Sequence record: NC_023610.1
Reading direction: 5' to 3' (one strand)
Length of the DNA: 64,000 nucleotides
Part shown: one piece after another, positions 19,271 through 28,705 of the stretch
Position numbering within the stretch: position 1 is the first letter of the stretch
Layout: the number at the start of each line of letters is the position of its first letter
Made by a program: the position numbers and the translations under genes
Notes under the pieces: generated by a model
Told to the model about the DNA's origin: nothing
The model's input: only the letters and a program-made list of their open reading frames with translations
Database searches by the model: none

Positions 19271-20119
19271 CTATGACGGCAAGTTGTAATGCAACACCAG
19301 ATACCCGGCAACGTTGTCGCACATGTTCTCGTCAAGACTGATAACTACACAGTGCGTGTACCAGGTACTGTTCGCTGGAACCGGGGCTCCGCTAATCAGA
19401 CCGTTCCACGTTACCAGTGAACCACGCAGGTTCCAGTCCTGTGGTGTTACCTCATTAACCCATGGCGTTTCCACCTTGCGGTTAAAGGAGTCCAGCGTTT
19501 CCCCGATGATTTCCTGTCCTTGTGGGAACAAGGCTTGCAGTTCATCGTAGGCGTACGAGAAGTCGAACCCGTACAGGAACAACGGACCTTGAATCTTCAC
19601 CGTCTGCATGGTTGGGTAGTTAATCCCGGCCAACTGATGGTTTGTCATCACGGTTTCCAACTGGAGCTTACGGCGACCGATATGTACGGTGAGCTTCCCG
19701 GTAAACGCCGGGTTGTTCTCACGCACCACGAGGTCAACGGCGTATGGCACCAGCTGCGGATTCAGGTAACCGTCGTAGATGTCAGCGGCCGTTAACTGGA
19801 ACCCAAAGCGTGCATTGATGTCCGATAACAGTTCAGACTTCTGGGTTTGTCCTTGCGGTGCCACCCAGACCTCAACGTCGGCAAAGATGACCCCGATGTC
19901 AGGACGGTTGTGGGTCAGTTCCCAGGTACCTTCGCGCCCGTACTCCGGAACACCAATCAGAGTGGACTTGGTATTCACTTCCGTATCGGAGGTAATGAAC
20001 GGTGTGATATCAATCAGCTTCACTTCTTCAGCGGTGAAGTTAATGTTGGGGTTATCCAACTTCAACTGGCGGAAAAAGAGTTGCCACGTGGGTAGATTGT
20101 AGTAGCCATCGGCAGTCAT
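19271..20119 (-). CDS. virion structural protein
   Basis: 282 aa; contains LETVMTNHQLAGINYP; C-terminal NVAGYLVLHYN. Confidence 0.65.
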   Translation of the reverse strand: MTADGYYNLPTWQLFFRQLKLDNPNINFTAEEVKLIDITPFITSDTEVNTKSTLIGVPEYGREGTWELTHNRPDIGVIFADVEVWVAPQGQTQKSELLSDINARFGFQLTAADIYDGYLNPQLVPYAVDLVVRENNPAFTGKLTVHIGRRKLQLETVMTNHQLAGINYPTMQTVKIQGPLFLYGFDFSYAYDELQALFPQGQEIIGETLDSFNRKVETPWVNEVTPQDWNLRGSLVTWNGLISGAPVPANSTWYTHCVVISLDENMCDNVAGYLVLHYNLPS

Positions 20120-20136
20120 CGTTTGACTCCATTTAG

Positions 20137-22380
20137 TTAGTCGTCATCACCGGTGTCGGTGACTTTAATTAGTTTGAGGCCAGTTAAACGGGTGTTGTCT
20201 ACCACGAAGTTCGGCTCTTCGCCGGTAGCCGGGTAAACCTTTAACCCGTTTAGACGATGGCGGTCCATGACGTCCGGGATGGTTGGGTCGAGCACCAGAT
20301 TAAACCGTACTCCCGGCATGTACATCCGGTGACGAGTTTCCGAGATAGGCGACACCTTAATACCGGTACCCCCACCAATCCGCACATTGAGGTGCGACTT
20401 CATCCCGATGTTGCTCAGCAGTGGACTGTTGGCAATGGGGAGTTCAATGCGCATCGACGTGTGCTCGTTGGTCTCTTCAAAGAACCGAACGGAGTTGTCA
20501 AGGTACAGGTGCTGCCAGCTTTCTTCGCTCTTCACATTGAAGCGCATCGCTAACCGGTCAGGAACCATGTACGGGCCGTCGTTGATTTCTTTCAGGAACT
20601 GGATACTGTACGAGGACAACTGACTGACAATCCCGAGCATCGCCGCTTGAATCTCTTTCAAGGACGCCACGTGTTTCAGACTCATCCCGGTAACCAGAGC
20701 AAACAACGTCTCCTCAATCGCCGCAAAGTCTGCGGTTTTGAAATTGGAGAAGTCCAGTTGGTTTTCTGCCAGCCACTGGTCGTACGTTTTGGTTGGGTCA
20801 TCCACAATCGCCACACGGGTGTCGAAGTAGAACTGTTGCGTCAACCGTTCCAGGTAACCACGACGAACCGGGTCTTCCTGCGTCGAGTACAACACCCGAT
20901 GCGCTAACCGGTTTCCGTGAATCTGTACCATCGTCTTGTAGAACTCTTCCGTCGAGATAATCTTCCCAACCGGGGTGTGTTCTGTTAACGCCAACATTAC
21001 CATCGTCGGGGTCAAGACCGTCATGTCGGTATCAGCAACCAGCTCAGTGTACTTCGGAGCCATCACCCGCATGACACCCTGACAGAGAACCGTTGGAATC
21101 ACGTCCGTAGGCAGCTCGTACTCCTTCAACAGGAAGTAAGTCCACAACACCAACGCCTGCTTAGCCGTTAACGTGATAGACGTCTGCGTTAAGGGGTTCT
21201 CCAGCGCCACAGTGGCGATGTAGCGGTCTTGGGTAACCAACCACACCCATTCGTTGTAGATGGTCTCTACGAGCTTCACAGGCGTGGAATCCGTGTTGTC
21301 AATCATCTCGGACTTCACGACCTTGGTCGGCAGCGTTGACACGTAGGTGGAGCTGGCACGGACCGGGACATCAGACAGCTGAGCTTCCAGGTAATCACTG
21401 TTGTCACGCGCCATGGGGACCTGGGCACGGAGTACAGCCGCAATGGTGGTTTTCTCGACCCCGGTTGCAGACGCAGCCAAACTGTTCAGTGGAATCTTCG
21501 CCACTTCCATTTCCGGGAGAATCTCCGACGGAATGTTTGCCGCGTTCTGCCAAAGTTCGTAAGCCGCCAGCGGGATATTGCGTTCCGTCAGGATGTTGGT
21601 AATCAACTCCTTGAACGTTTCCGACTTCCCGGCGTTGTTCTCGTACCACGCAATGTTACGGTATAAATGTAACGCTTGCTTGGTGGTCAGGTAGTCCTTA
21701 TAAAGGTGCAACCTGCCGTGGGAGCCGAGGTACGCCCAGATGTGGTAACTGTGCACGAAACGGGTCCCGCAGTTGGCCAACCGGATGTTGAGAATTGCGG
21801 GGCCCATCTGCATGAACAACGTTATCCAGAAGGACGCCGGGTACATGCTTTGGTTGAAACCAATGCGCGACATCCACCACCGGGTCGCGAACCCCTTTAC
21901 CCACTTCTGGAGTTCGAACATCAGGTTAGATTCTTGTGACTCCACCAAACTGGTGTCCCAGGCAAGGATGGAGAAGTCATCGGCTGCTACCGCCACATTG
22001 ATATCCACCGGATTGATAATCCCGCGAATCAAATCTTTCTGGTCCGGGTAGCGCTCCATCAAGGCACGGTGGTAGTCGGAATCAATGCTGTAGGCCTTCG
22101 CCGTGGCGCGGTGTACCTGAAGGCTATCATATGTGAACGGGATTTCCTCCAGCGTATCGAGGGAGACGACAGTCATCACCTCGTCTATACCGTCAACGTA
22201 TTGTCCCGCCAAATGTTTATAGTAGGGCTGTTGATTGAGCGGAAGTTCCGAAAAGTCAACACCTTTGAGTTCTAAGTACGATTTGTTCTGCGCGTCGGAG
22301 TTGGCCGCGAACTTGAGCGTTATCGAACGCGCTAACTGGAGAACATTACTCCGATATAGCACTTGAGTGGTGTCTGCCAT
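20137..22380 (-). CDS. baseplate wedge-like virion protein
   Basis: Likely start MADTTQV (SD CAGGAG); YYKHLAGQY, YPDQ..LIRGII and YLYRNI-like motifs; two C-terminal L.GL motifs. Confidence 0.65.
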   Translation of the reverse strand: MADTTQVLYRSNVLQLARSITLKFAANSDAQNKSYLELKGVDFSELPLNQQPYYKHLAGQYVDGIDEVMTVVSLDTLEEIPFTYDSLQVHRATAKAYSIDSDYHRALMERYPDQKDLIRGIINPVDINVAVAADDFSILAWDTSLVESQESNLMFELQKWVKGFATRWWMSRIGFNQSMYPASFWITLFMQMGPAILNIRLANCGTRFVHSYHIWAYLGSHGRLHLYKDYLTTKQALHLYRNIAWYENNAGKSETFKELITNILTERNIPLAAYELWQNAANIPSEILPEMEVAKIPLNSLAASATGVEKTTIAAVLRAQVPMARDNSDYLEAQLSDVPVRASSTYVSTLPTKVVKSEMIDNTDSTPVKLVETIYNEWVWLVTQDRYIATVALENPLTQTSITLTAKQALVLWTYFLLKEYELPTDVIPTVLCQGVMRVMAPKYTELVADTDMTVLTPTMVMLALTEHTPVGKIISTEEFYKTMVQIHGNRLAHRVLYSTQEDPVRRGYLERLTQQFYFDTRVAIVDDPTKTYDQWLAENQLDFSNFKTADFAAIEETLFALVTGMSLKHVASLKEIQAAMLGIVSQLSSYSIQFLKEINDGPYMVPDRLAMRFNVKSEESWQHLYLDNSVRFFEETNEHTSMRIELPIANSPLLSNIGMKSHLNVRIGGGTGIKVSPISETRHRMYMPGVRFNLVLDPTIPDVMDRHRLNGLKVYPATGEEPNFVVDNTRLTGLKLIKVTDTGDDD

Positions 22381-22421
22381 GGCCGACTCCTGAAAAGCGG
22401 TTAAAGAGAAAGAGGACCAGT

Positions 22422-25199
22422 ATGGGCTACAAGAAAAATAAAGTTGCGCCAACGTCGGTACGGGTAAAAAGTCAGAACACCGACTTCTTCCACCGTAACC
22501 CGCGCGCAGCTGTCGTCGCCTCCAAAATGATTGCTGACCGCTACAGCGGACAGAACAAACCTGGCCACGGTGTCGACGTACCGAACGAAAGCATCTTTGA
22601 CGTCATCATCAACCGCCGTGGGCGGAAGAACCTTGACGCCGAAACTATCATGAACTTGCAGCCGGACATCAAGCTGATTAAAAGCCTGATTACCTCCATC
22701 GTCATGTCACCGATTGACATGGACTCCGGCGGCGTAACCTTTAAAATGACGGAATCCACGGAACTCCCAGGGGTGGTCTATAACCCGTTGCTGGAAGTCA
22801 TCCGTTCGCACTTCACCAGTTACTACGACCTCAACGAAGTGTTACCGTTGGCCGTCGGCGAAGCGCTCTTCGACCAAGGTGCCTCCATCCGCGTGGTGGT
22901 TCCCGAAGCCGCGGTCGACGACATGATTAACGGAACCACTCAGCGCGTCAGCACCGAAGACTATATTAACTCCCGTCTGGACGCTGACCGCCTGACGTTC
23001 CGTCCCCAAGGTTTCCTGGGTCCGGTAATGTCTGGCTGGAAAGACAATAAACGTATTCCGTTTGATGCCCACGCCGCGCAGAAGAAAGTGTCACTGGAGT
23101 CTGCCTTTACTATCCAGGCGTCCGCCACGAACACGCGCTTCAACAGCATGGCTACCATCACCGACAATATCGAAATCCTGACGGTTCCCATACTAAAAGA
23201 GCGCACACGTGCCCGCATGTTGCGTAATGCTCAGATGGCGCGGTTGTATCAGGCGAACCGGTCGGTCGCTACGGAAAGTAACCAGGCACAAATCCGTACG
23301 TTAGCAGGAACGTTGTACAAACAAACGAACGGGCGCAGTCAGGTAAAGAACGTGGAAATCATGTCCGCGGCACATTCTGCTTCCCGCTCCTCAATCGGTC
23401 ACCCAATGGTCATGAAGTGGTCCTCCGACTCCCTGGTTCCGGCGTATGTCCCGGGGGAAGAAGAGAAACACCTGGGTTACATCGGGGCGATTGATGAGAA
23501 CGGTCACCCAATTGATGTCATGGAAGAGATGAAACAAAACATCTCGAAAGGCATGGGAAACCTGGATAACCAACAGGCGATGAACCTGACCTCGACGTTG
23601 ATTCAGCAAACGCAGATTCTTCAGTCGGGTTACAACGTCGACATGGACAAGCAGTCCGCTGCGGAACGTTTGCGTCTCTTCACTCAGGTGTACGAAGAGA
23701 ACATCCTGAACCGTATCAAGTCGGGTATCTACGGGCACAACGTGAAGCTCGGTGACAACGAATCCTTCTACAAGGTGATGTTGGCTCGCCACTTCGCAAA
23801 CAACCACATCCACCTGGTGTTCATCCCAGCCGAACAGGTCGCGTACTTCGCGTACGACTACGACAAGAACGGTATGGGTAAATCCCTGCTGGATGACGTG
23901 AAGCAGGTCAGTACCCTGCGTGTCATGACCACGTTTGCGAACTTCATGTCGGCGATTGCCAACGCCGTGGGCCGTACCAAAGTTACACTCAACATCGACC
24001 CGCGTTCTCCGGACCCGGAAAAGGATTACCATATCCTGATGGACGAGTATCTCCGTGGCCAGTCTAACGCCAGTCCAACTGACGTGACCTCGGCAGCTGA
24101 GATGTTCCGTACCATTCGTCAGATGGGCGTGAACTTTGAAGTGACCGGTAACGACCGTATCCCGAACACCACGGTACAGGTTGACTCTTACCAGTCGCAG
24201 AAACAAATGATTGACCCGGAGTTTACCAACGAACTGAAAACCCAGCAGTACATGGGCCTGTTCGTTACCCCTGACATGGTGGACATGACGCAGCAAGGTG
24301 ATTTCGCGATTACCCGCTGGACATCAAACCAACTGTTCGCTAAGCGTATCAAAACTATCCAACAGGCGACGTGTCGCCATGGGAAGAAACTGGTCACGGC
24401 ATATACCCTGTCGTCCGGCGAATTGATTAAGCGCTTGCAGCAGGAAATCGACGGGATTAAAGATAAGCTTCCGGAGAAGTACAAGATAACGGAATCACAG
24501 GGTAACGTTATCCGGCACCAAGAGCTGATTGAAGACTTCATGGAAGACCTCATGCTCGAATTGCCAACGCCGTCCAGTACCAAGTACCAGACGCAGCTGG
24601 AAGAAATGAACAAGTACTCCGGCCTCCTTGACGAAGGTATCCGTCATTACGTGACCAACGAACTGTTGGGCGGCGCAATGGCAGATGAAGACAGTTCTCA
24701 CGTTGACCTGATGGTGAACTCCATTAAGTCGTACATGATGCGCGAGTACATGGCGCGTGAGGATATCTTGCCTGAGTTGCAGGAACTGGTGCGTAAAGGT
24801 ACCGAGGACAATCCGTCACTCGACCTCTCCAAAGAGTACATGGTGCACATGACGAACATCATGAACAACCTGGGGGATTGGGGTTCAGCGGTGAAACTGC
24901 GTCGTGAGAAGTATCTGGAAATGCTGCAATCCAAGAACCCGGATTACGCCGAGGCGATTGGTAGCGCAGGAGCCAGTGCGGACTCTTCATCTTCGGCTGA
25001 CAGCAGTGACGACAGCGGGGATGACGAGTTCGACTTCGACAGCGAGCCACCAGGAATGGATGAGTTCGATGACGGTGGGGATACCGATGCGGAAGAGTCT
25101 CCGGATGAGACAGACACCGATACCACCGGGGAAGCGGACATGGCGGCAGAAGAAGAACCTGCACAGGAACCAGCAGGGGACACGGAACCAACGCCATAA
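22422..25199 (+). CDS. portal protein (phiKZ gp129-like)
   Basis: 925 aa; G.SLLDD, FANFMSAIANAVGRT and conserved position; S/A-x-E sites in the N-terminal part; long acidic tail. Confidence 0.75.
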   Translation: MGYKKNKVAPTSVRVKSQNTDFFHRNPRAAVVASKMIADRYSGQNKPGHGVDVPNESIFDVIINRRGRKNLDAETIMNLQPDIKLIKSLITSIVMSPIDMDSGGVTFKMTESTELPGVVYNPLLEVIRSHFTSYYDLNEVLPLAVGEALFDQGASIRVVVPEAAVDDMINGTTQRVSTEDYINSRLDADRLTFRPQGFLGPVMSGWKDNKRIPFDAHAAQKKVSLESAFTIQASATNTRFNSMATITDNIEILTVPILKERTRARMLRNAQMARLYQANRSVATESNQAQIRTLAGTLYKQTNGRSQVKNVEIMSAAHSASRSSIGHPMVMKWSSDSLVPAYVPGEEEKHLGYIGAIDENGHPIDVMEEMKQNISKGMGNLDNQQAMNLTSTLIQQTQILQSGYNVDMDKQSAAERLRLFTQVYEENILNRIKSGIYGHNVKLGDNESFYKVMLARHFANNHIHLVFIPAEQVAYFAYDYDKNGMGKSLLDDVKQVSTLRVMTTFANFMSAIANAVGRTKVTLNIDPRSPDPEKDYHILMDEYLRGQSNASPTDVTSAAEMFRTIRQMGVNFEVTGNDRIPNTTVQVDSYQSQKQMIDPEFTNELKTQQYMGLFVTPDMVDMTQQGDFAITRWTSNQLFAKRIKTIQQATCRHGKKLVTAYTLSSGELIKRLQQEIDGIKDKLPEKYKITESQGNVIRHQELIEDFMEDLMLELPTPSSTKYQTQLEEMNKYSGLLDEGIRHYVTNELLGGAMADEDSSHVDLMVNSIKSYMMREYMAREDILPELQELVRKGTEDNPSLDLSKEYMVHMTNIMNNLGDWGSAVKLRREKYLEMLQSKNPDYAEAIGSAGASADSSSSADSSDDSGDDEFDFDSEPPGMDEFDDGGDTDAEESPDETDTDTTGEADMAAEEEPAQEPAGDTEPTP

Positions 25200-25217
25200 C
25201 GAAAAAAAAAGAAAGGC

Positions 25218-25253
25218 AACGCCACCGGGTTTCCCCGGTGGCGTTTATGCCGC
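25218..25253. terminator. bidirectional terminator followed by TTTATGCCGC
   Basis: aacgccaccggg-tttc-cccggtggcgtt; long U-tract on the minus strand. Confidence 0.85.
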
Positions 25254-25433
25254 TTAGTGATAACGGAAGATGCGATGCGCAATCAACGTTACAACCAAGG
25301 GCACAACCGTAATAAGGACAAACAGCCACAGGACGTTTGCCCGCTCAGGAGGAATGGAAACCATAATCAACGCACAGATAATCCATGCACCGAACCCACT
25401 CCCCATAACGTAGCTAAACGCGCGCGGGGACAT
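25254..25433 (-). CDS. 59-aa two-TM membrane protein (not in ORF track)
   Basis: MSPRAFSYVMGSGFGAWIICALIMVSIPPERANVLWLFVLITVVPLVVTLIAHRIFRYH*; TGATG overlap with the upstream stop; ends right at a terminator. Confidence 0.75.
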   Translation of the reverse strand: MSPRAFSYVMGSGFGAWIICALIMVSIPPERANVLWLFVLITVVPLVVTLIAHRIFRYH

Positions 25434-26059
25434 CAGCTGTACGCCACGTCACGCCAGAAGCGAGAGAACTGAAGGTTCTCCAGCACATCCACGTTCTGCT
25501 CGCGCAGTGCGGTTTCAGCGATTTCCAGAATCCCACGACCGTCATCGGGTTCATCCGTTAACAGTTCGGTGAGTTCTTTTTCGTTACGGGCGAAGAGCGT
25601 GTACGCAACCTGGGTCAGTAGCGAGGAGTGGTCGTCCTCACGTGACGGAGATTTGTACTGGTTAGCGTCTTTGACGTACAGGTTATCCTGTTCCAGGACG
25701 GCGACTTCAATCCCGAAAGAGCTGTCACGCCAGGCATCGAAACACTGACGAACTACGCCCAGTACCGCTTGGGGATTCTGTTGATAGAAACGTTTGAAGG
25801 CCAGGTAACGCGGGGAGTCAAAGAAACTGTTAGCGCGGGCCTGTGCCATCAAATCGGGAACGGACGTGTTACCGAAGATAGTGGCAACGATTGGGTTCAC
25901 TTCAGACATAGCGGGTTCCTTCTCAGGTTTAGGTAAGAATGCGGGTTCAGGACGAGGTGCGGTAACTTCCTCAGCCGTGGCGATGCGATAGGGTACGACG
26001 TTACTGATTTTTGACGTGTCGATTTTACCCTGAGAAGATTTGTTATTTTTTCTACTCAT
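25433..26059 (-). CDS. hypothetical protein
   Basis: Likely start MSRKNNK (SD AAGGGG); about 208 aa. Confidence 0.75.
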   Translation of the reverse strand: MSRKNNKSSQGKIDTSKISNVVPYRIATAEEVTAPRPEPAFLPKPEKEPAMSEVNPIVATIFGNTSVPDLMAQARANSFFDSPRYLAFKRFYQQNPQAVLGVVRQCFDAWRDSSFGIEVAVLEQDNLYVKDANQYKSPSREDDHSSLLTQVAYTLFARNEKELTELLTDEPDDGRGILEIAETALREQNVDVLENLQFSRFWRDVAYS

Positions 26060-26072
26060 GGTGGACAACCCC

Positions 26073-26462
26073 TTATTTAAAATCAAACGTGATGATGTAA
26101 CTTGGGATAAAGACATCACTCCCAGGCTTCAATCGTTTTTGCTCAGAGAAGGCAAAGCCGTAGCCCGCTTCTTTAAGCTTTTCCATCAGGTAGTACAAGC
26201 AGCAGGTGTTGATGTTCCTGTTGCGCAGCACTATCCCGTCGAAACGTTGACCCTGATTGAATTTACGTTCGTGCTCTACAATACCGTTGAAGATGGCAGG
26301 ATATTCATTCATCAGTTTGTAGGCTGTGCGTCCCTTAAGTACGTACTCATTAACGCGGTTGACAAACTCCTGTTCAGCTTGCACGATACGCAGGTTAGTC
26401 ACCCCTGGCAATTTACCCATAGGGTCATCAATCAGGGAGAGTAATACCGGCTGTTTTGACAT
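26073..26462 (-). CDS. hypothetical protein
   Basis: Likely start MSKQPVLL (SD GGAG). Confidence 0.65.
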   Translation of the reverse strand: MSKQPVLLSLIDDPMGKLPGVTNLRIVQAEQEFVNRVNEYVLKGRTAYKLMNEYPAIFNGIVEHERKFNQGQRFDGIVLRNRNINTCCLYYLMEKLKEAGYGFAFSEQKRLKPGSDVFIPSYIITFDFK

Positions 26463-26512
26463 ATGCTCTCCAGATGGCATAACGCTGGGAGGTTACCCTC
26501 CCAGCTATGGGT

Positions 26513-28675
26513 TTAGTTGCTCAGGCGAACCAGGTATTCGCTCAGGCTTGGGTCGTACCAGCTAACGAAGATTTCCATGTCCACACCGTCAGCCAGCAAG
26601 ATACGGCGGCGGATAGCGAACAGTTCTTCTGCGATACCTTCGTGTTGACGCATCCCGTTGATGGCTTTATACAGCAACGGAGAGGCTTCTTTGGTTACAC
26701 GAGCGACACGCGTTGGTTTCCCGTTAGCACGTGGAGCCATCAGACCTAGTTCCATGGTAGAGAAGCTGGTCAGGATGGTGTCGAAACGTTCACGGTGATA
26801 CACGCCACGATTAACTGCAACGTTGTCTTCACCGGCCGCAAACTCGATGCAGTGGAACTGGCGCATCAATTCACGGGCGAACTTGTTCAGACGTTCCACA
26901 GTTTGCACACCGAAGTCTTCTTTCAGACGACCGAGGAATTCCACACCGTCCACGCCGAAGTCGTCAATCCAGCATGGCAGACCCAGGTTACCTTGCAGTG
27001 CACGGTTAACCGCAGCTGTGAACAAACGGTTGATGCCCACCCACAACGCCGGAGCAATGGTCCCTTTCAGGTCCATCAGACGTTTGTGGTATTCCTGGTA
27101 GCTGTGGCCGTCGTGCCATTTGCTGGAGGTGAAGTCAATCAGCTGAAGCTTCAGGTCTTCGAACTCCGCATCGGTACGCGCAACGTACAGCAGTTCCATT
27201 TCGTTGGTGATACCCTGAATGGTAATTGGGTCAGAGTCTTCCGCCATAACGGTGTTCTCTGTTGCCAGCTGCCACATTTTCACCGTGAGGTCTTTCTTGC
27301 CCATGCCATAGACCGTACCGTTTAACAGGACGGTATCCCCATTACGGGACGGCAGTTCCGGAGCGAAGGTCGGCATTGGTTCGCGTTCTTCTTCCGGCAG
27401 TTGCCCGTTGGCCTCTTCCCATTCCTTCATTTCGCGCTCGTGTTCCTTGCGCTGATGTTCTTCGTCTGCTTCGATATCGTTCAGACGGAAACGGGAAGTA
27501 GAAGCTACTTTGGTCAGCTGTGCACGAATCTGCGCAACTTCGTTCTCGTAGCTCTGTGGGCGACCTAAGTCAGGAATCACCGCATCATCGTAGTTCATGT
27601 CGACCTCAGTATACACGACATCCTGATAGCCATCTTCCGTCACCACTAAGCGCATACGCACTACAGTCGGGTCGTACAGGACTGGCAGGTTTGGTTTGTT
27701 CGGGTCCAAAGGCTTACGCGGAAGCGTAGCAATGAATTCCGGGTTTTCGATGTCTGCACCCAGCTCAATCAACTGTGCACGGGTCGGGCGGTCAGTCTTC
27801 GCCAACACTTTAGCTGGGTCCAGCGTTGCAGCATCACGAACAGGTTGTCCCATACGACTTGGACCGTTGTGGACAAACTTCACGGCTTCCGGTTCGCGGG
27901 CTGCGACAGGTGCTAGATTAACAACAGCCGGGTCTGGGAAATCCGGCACCGGTTGAGAGGCAGCCGGTTTTTCCTGAGTGATGCCACCACCTGCCAACTT
28001 CGCACGCATCTGTGCCAGTGCATCCTGGTTTTTATCCAGAACAGTGTTACCGGTAGAGCGTGGACGCTCTTCAGCGCGGCTGTAACGGTCAGAGACACGA
28101 GAAGGTTGTGCAGGTGCACGGTCTTCTGGTAATGGGCGGTCACGTAAGCGAGAACGCAATTCTTCACGTTCTTCGCCACCACGGGAAGAGCGACGTGCGC
28201 TGCGGTCGTAATCACGGCCACTGCTACGGTCACGTTCCTGACCACCACCAAAGCGGTCGCTTGGACGACCACGTTCGTCACGGTCATCGCGGTCACGACC
28301 GCGTCCACGGCCACCTCGACCACCACGGGCGTCTGAGAGCACGTCTTGCAGGTCTTCGGCTTTCTTGACGAACTTACGTGCGTCATCGTAGTCGCGGTCG
28401 TTCAGGTCGTCAGACATACGTTTGTCTTTCAACACGAAGTCGGCGGCTTTCATGAAGACCAGACCGGCGAGATGACGACTGTAGTCAAACTGACGGTCGT
28501 CGGACAGGTATTCCAGCGCATCAATCACCCACTTCATCAGCGAGTCAAATTCACGGTTAGTGAACTTGTCGATGCTCACTTCTTCGAAATACATTTCGAT
28601 AACCATTGAACGGTCTTTCTTCAGAACATCAATCACGTCCAATTCGATATCACGGTCACTTGGCAAACGGCTCAT
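26513..28675 (-). CDS. conserved jumbo-phage protein with RGG/RD-rich disordered region
   Basis: 720 aa directly downstream of the RNAP subunit gene; SD AAGGGG. Confidence 0.8.
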   Translation of the reverse strand: MSRLPSDRDIELDVIDVLKKDRSMVIEMYFEEVSIDKFTNREFDSLMKWVIDALEYLSDDRQFDYSRHLAGLVFMKAADFVLKDKRMSDDLNDRDYDDARKFVKKAEDLQDVLSDARGGRGGRGRGRDRDDRDERGRPSDRFGGGQERDRSSGRDYDRSARRSSRGGEEREELRSRLRDRPLPEDRAPAQPSRVSDRYSRAEERPRSTGNTVLDKNQDALAQMRAKLAGGGITQEKPAASQPVPDFPDPAVVNLAPVAAREPEAVKFVHNGPSRMGQPVRDAATLDPAKVLAKTDRPTRAQLIELGADIENPEFIATLPRKPLDPNKPNLPVLYDPTVVRMRLVVTEDGYQDVVYTEVDMNYDDAVIPDLGRPQSYENEVAQIRAQLTKVASTSRFRLNDIEADEEHQRKEHEREMKEWEEANGQLPEEEREPMPTFAPELPSRNGDTVLLNGTVYGMGKKDLTVKMWQLATENTVMAEDSDPITIQGITNEMELLYVARTDAEFEDLKLQLIDFTSSKWHDGHSYQEYHKRLMDLKGTIAPALWVGINRLFTAAVNRALQGNLGLPCWIDDFGVDGVEFLGRLKEDFGVQTVERLNKFARELMRQFHCIEFAAGEDNVAVNRGVYHRERFDTILTSFSTMELGLMAPRANGKPTRVARVTKEASPLLYKAINGMRQHEGIAEELFAIRRRILLADGVDMEIFVSWYDPSLSEYLVRLSN

Positions 28676-28705
28676 TTAGACAACCCCTTATTTAAAGATA
28701 CAAAG

